DNA of 63,969 bases, counting the filler, from Bipalium vagum (taxonomy: Eukaryota), in the NCBI GenBank assembly GCA_037834085.1. It is 3 parts of 3 records of this genome, joined end to end, with 100 filler letters (N's around TTAATTAATTAA, not from the genome) between each part and the next. Parts side by side here need not be neighbours in the genome. Positions count along the whole stretch, not along the records: positions 47,125 to 63,969 come from JBBMKC010090637.1; 2 more parts are not named here. One strand, given 5' to 3'. Under the pieces are notes generated by a model. The model was given only the letters and a program-made list of their open reading frames with translations. It was not told the origin of the DNA and did no database searches. Below, in pieces: positions 56,901 to 63,969 of the stretch (position 1 is its first letter; each line of letters starts with the position of its first letter). A program made the position numbers and the translations under genes.

Positions 56901-59800
56901 AAGAAGAAATAAAACTTAGCCCACAGAAGGTCACTACACCCCAACCTTCACCAAAAACCCATCTCCAATAATGACAATAAACTTAAGACCATCTATTCTG
57001 GCAATCATTAAGAGTTGAAAAATTATATACTAAGAGTTCATCCAATTTTCCCAATTTGAAGTCAAAATCATTTAAGGAAAATTGTAAAAAAATAAATGGT
57101 AAAATTAGAAAAAAAAAAAAATAATTTCCGCTTGTACGTTCTATAAAAAAATTTAATTCGGAGCTCAGTTAAGTAAATATTCCCAGTAATTAATCCCAAC
57201 CAATTTTAATGTTACAACTCGGATTAAATTAACATTACTTGGTCCAGCATTGCCGACATCTGTAAATAGATACTCGTAGATTCTATGGGTATGTCCTGCA
57301 TTAAGTAGTTATAGTAATCGGTATCCAGCTTATCAAAGGTATTTGAATCCCCTTTAATGTTTGACACTGACGCATTTTCTCGAAAGGACTCTCTGGGAGT
57401 ACTTTCATCATTCGCTGCCGGAATAGATTTTACGGCCAGGGGAATTAATTTACTTTTGTCCAAGTAATTCTGCCACTGTCTCTTTAAATCTAATAGATTA
57501 TATTTGAGAACAGCCAAGGTTTCAAACAATTCCATTGAACATTTGCTCTACATGAAAATTGGATTATGTTTATTAAGAAAAAGAATGTATCCACCTTCAT
57601 TTCTTCATTGTCTATGTCAATGGGGAACATGAGATGTTTAGCAAGAAGGGTGATTATTGGAGTGTTCTGTAACTGTTTGTTTTGATTTAAAACTTCATTT
57701 ATATTGGACCAAAATATTTTGAGACAATTATATTCTTCTTCATATTTGTTTTCGTCATTTTCGTTTTCTTTAACGGATGCTCCGGACATTTTATCTGGAA
57801 CATCCTCGGTCTCATCGGTAGTGTCTTTGGGAATGTAAATGTCCCTTGTAATTCTTATTATCGATGTGGCCGCACATCCAATTTCTACCAATGCTTCTAA
57901 TACTTTGCAATCGGCCATTCCAGTGACAATGAAATAACGACTACTTCCATCATCTGGTTCGTCATCTGTTGAGATATGTGTTTAGTTTAAATAGATCTAT
58001 TGTTACATATAAGAGCTATTGTCACATTGACAATTCACGTTACCAATTCAAAGGAGGAAATAAATTACTTTATAAGTGGTTTAACAATTCTGCTTTTGAT
58101 ATTGACACAAGGCCTGTTACTTTCCAAAGAAAAATTAATATTATTTTACCATTTTGAAAAAGAATTTACGATATCAGAAAAATTGATTAACTTTTTATAA
58201 TAAACCAATGAGAATATAATAAATATTGAGATCAAAAGAAGAAGTAAGAATAAAACAAAAAACCACTGCAAATCTGTAAGAAAAAGATTTTAACTTAATT
58301 TTATTTCGCTTTATATTTTCAAACTTTTACACGTTAATATATTAATTGAACTAATCTCTGTTTAGTATTGACAATCGCTCATTTGAAGAAATAATTTGGT
58401 TAACAATGTGGGACTTAGTGCTGAAAAAAGAAGTTAGTATTTCTTCCATAATTTGGTATGTGCATTGCTCACACACATTGTTGAATCTCTTGTTCGAGTA
58501 AAGAAAAACTTCAGATCTATAAGGTAAGGCAATTGAGTGGACTGCTGAAATTAGGTTGCAACCAAAGTAGCTTAATTTGTGCACAATTGCTTTACCAACA
58601 TTCAGAAAACTGTTTCCATTTAAGCGCACTTTCTTTGGAATAAGGGCGTTCACCACTGCAAATCTCATTTCTTGATTCATCAAAACAAATTTAGAACTTT
58701 TTATCAGAGTGATGGTTTTATAGAGAACTTTAAATTAGTAGTAGGACCAATAAAATAATTTTCTTCTTCTGATGTACTCTCAATAAATATTGATTAATGA
58801 TCATGTTTAATGCTAAACACCAAAAAATGAAAGTCTGAAGTTTCTGATCATCATCATATATAATATTTGTCTTCATGTGTATGAAATAAATAAAATTACC
58901 AATATATTGAATATCTGGGTCTGGATCTCCACGTTTTCTGAGTTTTGTATCTTGCTTGACAGATGGTGGTTCAGGACTTCTTTTACCTTGAGATCCCTTC
59001 TTACTACCCGAGGATTTCAATCTTTCATTTTTATCTGCTGCCTGTTTTCCTTTTGCAGGCTTACTATCGGGTTTCTGATTTTTAAAATATATTTTCTTCA
59101 TTTTATTAAAAAGAAATATTAAAATAAATTTTCGTCCAATCATTGACCTTATTTTAAAAATATTTTTGTTAATTATAATAATTAAAAAATAAATTAAAAT
59201 GATTAAAATAAGTGTTATTATATTTGATAATTTTAGTTTTGTTTTGATTGATTCATTTTATTGATAATGTAAAAAGGCTGACCTTGCTCAATACGTTCTT
59301 AAGATCTTCTGTTTTGTGTGTAAGCATAATCCACTTAATAAACCGAGCTAAAAGAGGAACAGTCAATGTTTCTCCTTTATCAATTAAAGCTTTTCCGGCT
59401 TCACATATCTCAAAGTTACTTGGGACTTCTTTACCTTTCTTAGCTTTTGGATTTCCAAATTCATTAATCTAAAATGTTTAAGTCGTTTATAATAATATGT
59501 CAGTCTTAATAATAATTTGACACCAATTGAAATATTTTTTCCTTATTGATTAAAGTAAAGCGTTTCCTTAAGCCGGTTGTTATTCCTTTATTTATATATG
59601 AAACTGTTTCGTTATCTTCGGGAATATTTTCCACAAGAAAGGCTAATGAGTAAGTCCAATTATCCTAAAAATTCGAAAGCATGAAAAATTTCCTTATTAT
59701 TAAGTCAGACTTCATTTAATTCTGCTGTCATTATATTCGGTTCCCATTTATTGCTAATATTTGCATTTACATTTGGACTGTTACTTCGTTTTTTAGACAT
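50803..59800 (-). CDS. SPAG17: SPAG17/PF6 central-pair axonemal protein, 3'-partial: complement(join(59711-59800,59524-59664,59283-59468,58900-59074,57595-57965,57239-57547,55530-55965,54122-54349,53749-54077,51494-51754,51253-51435,50963-51199,50803-50914))
   Basis: Thirteen phase-compatible GT-AG exons (3058 nt). Motifs recalled from SPAG17: KWEPNIMTAELNEDNW..LAFLV, GETLTVPLLARFIKW, YIDDEPDDG..YFIVTG, FETLAVLKYNLLDLKRQWQNYL, LFLLENVTLSGVDENG, RKRNFSEWCFEEFYEPHLLLQ, NVGFRNYL, LFPSDG. Confidence 0.9.
50963..51199 (-). CDS. SPAG17: SPAG17 exon 12 (K/E-rich, ...EEEFWP)
   Basis: acaaag|gat, ccg|gtatac. Confidence 0.8.
51253..51435 (-). CDS. SPAG17: SPAG17 exon 11 (AETNQ...LPGSLKAQKLEQ)
   Basis: atttag|gca, cag|gtagtt; GSLKA motif. 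Confidence 0.8.
51494..51754 (-). CDS. SPAG17: SPAG17 exon 10 (IIHEALYKLPY...HSNVGFRNYLDHV)
   Basis: ccctag|att, gag|gtatat. Confidence 0.87.
52050..52817 (-). mobile_element. Mariner 5' part in SPAG17 intron
   Basis: TIR-like tagtaggttgtccggtaggaaatttcg on minus strand; IRICIL.KF.L; AKPSPK..N.CW. Confidence 0.6.
53749..54077 (-). CDS. SPAG17: SPAG17 exon 9 (...RKRNFSEWCFEEFYEPHLLLQ)
   Basis: gttcag|tg, caa|gtgagc. Confidence 0.87.
54122..54349 (-). CDS. SPAG17: SPAG17 exon 8 (EINFAIKLFLLENVTLSGVDENG...WDDPY)
   Basis: tttcag|aa, a|gtaggt; an alternative in-phase donor lies 9 nt downstream. Confidence 0.82.
54480..54990 (+). mobile_element. Highly decayed mariner-like fragment
   Basis: Weak TGGEE.YI and W..ISII..EL remnants. 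Confidence 0.3.
55194..55446. mobile_element. Tc1-type MITE, 253 bp, perfect 28-bp TIRs, TA TSD
   Basis: TA|CAGTACCTGGCCATTGAAATAGACTCAA...TTGAGTCTATTTCAATGGCCAGGTACTG|TA. Confidence 0.93.
55530..55965 (-). CDS. SPAG17: SPAG17 exon 7 (VEISCGEK...KRALRTQELLKYLENTGLSMM)
   Basis: Open frame; the taag acceptor abuts the N gap so the 5' boundary is uncertain; donor g|gttata. Confidence 0.75.
55970..56135. other. Sized assembly gap (166 N) inside a SPAG17 intron
   Basis: Plain N run. Confidence 0.97.
57239..57547 (-). CDS. SPAG17: SPAG17 exon 6 (SKCSMELFETLAVLKY...MSAMLDQ)
   Basis: Follows a 47-nt intron; caa|gtaatg donor. Confidence 0.88.
57595..57965 (-). CDS. SPAG17: SPAG17 exon 5 (DDEPDDGSSRYFIVTG...)
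   Basis: caacag|at, aag|gtggat. Confidence 0.88.
58340..58730 (-). mobile_element. Mariner (irritans-like) N-terminal relic in SPAG17 intron
   Basis: MNQEMRFAVV...; EQCTYQIMEEIL..ST.SHIV..II, resembling RxTxxxIxEELGIS. Confidence 0.4.
58900..59074 (-). CDS. SPAG17: SPAG17 exon 4 (KPDSKPAKGK...DTKLRKRGDPDPDIQYI)
   Basis: aatcag|aaa, g|gtaatt; TKLRKRG motif. Confidence 0.85.
59283..59468 (-). CDS. SPAG17: SPAG17 exon 3 (INEFGNPKAKKGKEVP...LLARFIKWIML)
   Basis: ttttag|att, aag|gtcagc, 186 nt. Confidence 0.85.
59524..59664 (-). CDS. SPAG17: SPAG17 exon 2 (DNWTYSLAFLVEN...LRKRFTLINKEKIFQL)
   Basis: ttttag|gat, ttg|gtgtca, 141 nt. Confidence 0.85.
59711..59800 (-). CDS. SPAG17: SPAG17 exon 1 (MSKKRSNSPNVNANISNKWEPNIMTAELNE)
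   Basis: ATG at 59800, donor gtctga, 46-nt intron follows; missed by ORF track. Confidence 0.85.
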
Positions 59801-59820
59801 TTTAAAATAGTGAACATTAA

Positions 59821-59847
59821 TTATCTATGGTTACCGATATATAAACA
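59821..59847 (-). promoter_or_regulatory. RFX X-box (GTAACCATAGATAA, 59834-59821) with adjacent forkhead/FoxJ1-type site (ATAAACA, 59841-59847)
   Basis: Near-consensus X-box 21-34 nt upstream of the SPAG17 ATG; RYAAAYA 6 nt further upstream. Confidence 0.6.
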
Positions 59848-60373
59848 AAAATCAATTTTCAAATTTTATAACTTAAATTAAATTGACTTTTTAGGGTAAT
59901 TTTTTCAATAGCGGAAAATAATATTTTATTTTTCATTTATTAAATAAAAACACCAATGTTTAAAATAAATCATTATTTTTTACAAACTTAATCAATTTCC
60001 ATTATTTAAATAATAAATATCAGGTTTTAAATCACAATTGAATTTTAATTGATTATAAATCGAAATTCATTCAAGATTAGTTTAATATACCAATCAAAAC
60101 TCAGTTTTAGATTTTCTAACTAAAAAAAATTAATAAGAATTTAAAAATCTTTTATGTATACATTAAATAACTTATTTACACTTAATTGTAATAATAATAT
60201 TATTATAATTCTGTGAATATGAATATTGAAATCATCAATAATAATGAATCAAGAAACCTAAAAGATAAGCTAAAGAATGAGAAACCACATAGTTTAATCA
60301 GCATACTGTTAGGATCCACAGTTAAGTCAGTGATGAAAATAACTAAATTCTTCCTAAGCTCCAAGACTAACAA

Positions 60374-63133
60374 TCAAAAGCTTGCCAATATGTCAAGCAG
60401 AAACACCGCGAAAGAAGACAACTCTCCAAAATTGAGTATTGACTGATCAACTATAAATGACAATTAAAAACATTTATGATTTAACTTTGTGTATTTTACA
60501 TGTACATGAAAGGGTTTCGTTATACCTAATATATCTTGTCGTTGTGTTCTTAAATATTGTATGTTCTTATGATAATGTTTAATTAAAATAAAATATATTT
60601 TTCGAGGAAAATATGTAATTAAATATGTAAAATTAAATTTATTAAATTGACAAATGATAATCGAGATATAAAAATATTAAGCTAATTAAGTAAATAAAAT
60701 AATAATTTTAAAAATAATTATATAATAAAGGACATTCTTGTCAGTTTTTTCATCGCATCATTCCTTTAACGATCTAGTCCCGGATAGTCCTTAAAACTCT
60801 TTCTACTAATTCTGTTGAATGATGTTGATAGGTTGAATGATGTTCCAGCTCCTTCCATTTTTGCTTTAACCATGAGCTTTCAAAATTCTTCCTTCTATCT
60901 GTTTGAATACTTTTTGGTCTCGTTTTGTAGTATACAGTAGTAGAGTTGTCCGACGACCATCAATCTCTACTTTTGGAAGGCTTTTTCTTTATTTAAGTAT
61001 TTAAAATTTTATTTTATTATTATTAATATTATTATAATCATTATTATAGGTCCTTAGTGGTTTCTGGACCTTATAGGGAACCTAACAATAAGATTTTATA
61101 TACATTCCAAAAGGGAAGTTGCTTAATCTCTGTTTCATTGTTTATAACTATATTTTTATTATAACATTCAAAGTCAGATTAGATAAAAAATGATATTTTT
61201 TCTAAGATAACCATTTTTAAATTTAATAAAATGTTCATAAGAAAAAAATGATTTAACTTCCTTAAATTCTTGACATACATTTGTATTTTAGTTTAATAAA
61301 TTTTTAGATCTATATGGATTTAAACATTTTAAATAGAGATCAATTAATCAATCTATAATTCATGTTTGAAAAAATATTCATATTTCTACATCAAATATTA
61401 TTATTTTTATATAATAATAAATTACTTGTTTTGGTTTTTTACTTTTTTTGTTTAGAATTGAAATATTCTGAATGCGCTGGTATTAAATATTTTTTATCAT
61501 CAATTTCAAAAACATTTTTTAGAAATATAATTCTATTTAATTTTTTATTATCTTTTATTTATTGATTGATTTCGATAAGATTTTATTTTGATGTTTTCGA
61601 ATATTTCAATATTACTTAGAGAATTAACTTCACTGATATACTTAAACTTTTTCTTTGCTTCTCGGTCAGTGGCTTTGGAATGTTGAGACACAGAACCATT
61701 ACGACTTTCGCTTAATTCAAGGTGACTAAGAATTTCTTGACCGACTTACAAAGTGCTTGTGTCAAGTCTGATATACCTCTCTTACTTATCCTAAGGATTA
61801 TATCAGTTCTAAAACACCTTCATGTCTCATTCTAGCCTTCCTTCAGTCCTTAGAGTGGGTCTTAATTCTGATATAATTAGTTCAAAATCAATTCACCGGC
61901 TTACTCTGCTTGAGTTAATAGATTACTTTCCGGTACCAACAATAGACATATGAAAAACTCAATTATGAGAATTAATATTTTGCTTTTGATAAGTATTTTA
62001 TTTATTTCATTATGACAAAAGTGAGAAACGGTCAATTATTATTTTACTTTTTCTAATGCTCTAATAAGATTCAATGAATAGAATTCACTCTAAAGTAATG
62101 TAAATTGAAAATTAATTAAATTTAAATAAATTAGTACGATTCCTTTGAATTAATAAATACTTTCTTAATAAGAAAATGATAACATTTTTACCAAAAATAT
62201 TAAAATATTTTATTATTATTTTATATTATTATTAACAAAAATTTGTAAATAAAATATGTAATATCGTTATCAATATTTACGGTTCAGAGTGGAGACAAAC
62301 TTTTGAATTTTATTGTCGAACCTGTATCATTTGTCAAAGTGAATCGGCAGATGAAGGGCATACCTGTTAGGGTTGATAACAGATGTCTCCCAGTTCTAAA
62401 ATCTGAATATTTCCACATGGATATTTCGGGTTTCAAGAGATGGTGACACCTCTGATGATGACCTGAAAGAGTAAACAAACCATTCTGAATTCTTACCCAA
62501 AAAAGAAAATACTCAGAAATTCGTCAAAGTTATTTTATTAAATTTTTATTTTTTAATATATGAAATTTATTTTAATATTTGAAAAATTTTTATTTCTTCA
62601 ATAAAAATTTCTCGGAGAATTTTTTTACCTGAAATAAACATAATTAAAAATTACACAATTTGTAAATGATTTAACAGTTGTAATTTTATAGGAAAAACAT
62701 TTTTGTAGATTTTTCCTAATAATTGGGCACTCATTAGTATTTTATAAAATAAAAATGTAATCAAAATTTTTGAAAAGAATCAGTAAATGTAGGGCTGATT
62801 ATACTTCTTTTTTAAAAACTAAGCTATCAGTATGAATGTACATTAGTGTTTTGTACAAAATCAGATTTTGTATGGAAAATTGTATTCTAAATCAAGGGAA
62901 ATTCAAATTAAATAACCAGTCAGAAGTGATATAAGCAGAGGGTATCAAAAGTCTTTTCTCATAAAGCAATATTTATTTAAATTTACATAAAAAGTGAACA
63001 AAAGATCGTCGAAATATAATTCTTTGTTTTTAATGACCTTAAGCCATCTCTCCGCTTATTTTCGAATCTGATGAAAAAGCCACTTCTCGGTTTTGAGGCG
63101 AAAAGTTCACTTCAAACCTGTTGACCTCTTCCA
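60374..63133 (-). CDS. Candidate micro-exon gene, unknown product (exons 63118-63133, 63038-63067, 62450-62462, 62364-62395, 62281-62321, 60374-60450)
   Basis: GC-richer islands with GT-AG introns of 50, 54 and 42 nt; spliced frame is open to TGA; no homology recognised and 5' end not found. Confidence 0.3.
60735..60990 (-). mobile_element. Possible LINE 3'-end remnant
   Basis: ILKAHG...GLSGTRSLKE*CD, weakly RTE C-terminus-like. Confidence 0.25.
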
Positions 63134-63969
63134 CTGTTTCAAATCACCGATTCAGAAAAATGCAACCACAGAGTGAAATAAACCTTAGGTTGAAGGCGCT
63201 ATGTCGGGATTTCTAAACTGATGTATTCAAATCTATTGATTTATTTATTATCTATTTGAAATACTTAAACTAAGATATAGATAGTATAGTATGTAAATAT
63301 GAAACTAGATTTCATATATGTATAAATAGAGAGATGTACCAAGAAATAGTGAGAAATAATTATAGATTGAGTAGAAAAATGTTGAGGACCAGAACTAGGT
63401 GATATGTATGATAAATATATACTGCTAAATAATAGTGTCTGATTTCATGTTGCAAAACTTATCACCGAAACATTAGAAGACCTAAGATGAAATGAGTTTA
63501 TACATGGCCTTCATAGATATATGTTTCACGGATTAATATCCATGTCAGTCGATGGAACACTGTTTGTCAAAAGCACTTTCAATAATTATGAAAATATATA
63601 AAAAATGAATTCTGAATTATATTTTTAAAAATTCTGATTTGATAATGGTACATATTTATAACTTCATCCCACAATCTGTTATTGTGCTATCAGTTGGTTT
63701 TCCAGCATTTCAGAAATAATCAAATTTTTTTATAGTTAAAAATAATTTTTGTAAAAAATGATTGATGCAAAATTATATCCTTACTACAAATTTGTTTTTA
63801 AATAATAATAATAATAATAATAATGCCATTATTATGGATCATAATAATTATAAAAGTAATATAAATAATAATAATAATAATATAAACAAAACTGATATTG
63901 GCTTGGAATCAGCGTCATCCAAAGTTCTCTATTCTACTGAATCGAAAACATTGGAAACGAGAAACGCTA

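Noticed and set aside
61657-61680. gcttctcgg resembling the U2 snRNA 5' end (also ~63083)
   Set aside because: Only 8-9 nt match, with no downstream U2 sequence, and far from the RLE element.
62452-62477. Second CTGATGA...GAAA core
   Set aside because: No stems II or III; coincides with a minus-strand acceptor.
63060-63118. Hammerhead-like CTGATGA..GCC..GGC-GAAA..TC
   Set aside because: There is an extra AAAA before stem II, stem III is not palindromic and stem I is poor. It is better explained as the reverse complement of a 3' splice site (tttttcatcag).

Overview
Very AT-rich, intron-containing animal DNA. The composition, 42-60 nt mini-introns, (TAA)n microsatellites and transposon complement suggest a planarian or other flatworm; this is inference. 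Two conserved multi-exon genes can be reconstructed with phase-consistent GT-AG introns. The first is the 3' part of an AGAP/centaurin-gamma ArfGAP gene (+ strand, 8 exons, 2711-19551, ~610 aa: split PH, ArfGAP Zn finger, ankyrin). The second is the 5' half of the ciliary central-pair gene SPAG17/PF6 (- strand, 13 exons, 59800-50803, ~1019 aa), with an RFX X-box and forkhead site just upstream of its ATG. The rest is mostly decayed transposons: many mariner copies, a plant-type DD39D mariner relic, a young Tc1-type MITE, a NeSL/Utopia-like RLE retrotransposon, and Gypsy, RTE and Ngaro-like RT fragments. Two 100-nt gaps contain the artificial TTAATTAATTAA linker, so the three blocks they separate may not be neighbours in vivo. 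There is no CRISPR, rRNA or tRNA, and no clearly new multi-gene system can be supported. The best leads are a candidate unannotated micro-exon gene (60374-63133, -), an Rbfox/CELF splicing module in AGAP, the DD39D element, and the zinc-knuckle-associated RLE retroelement. Homology calls come from recalled family motifs, not database searches.
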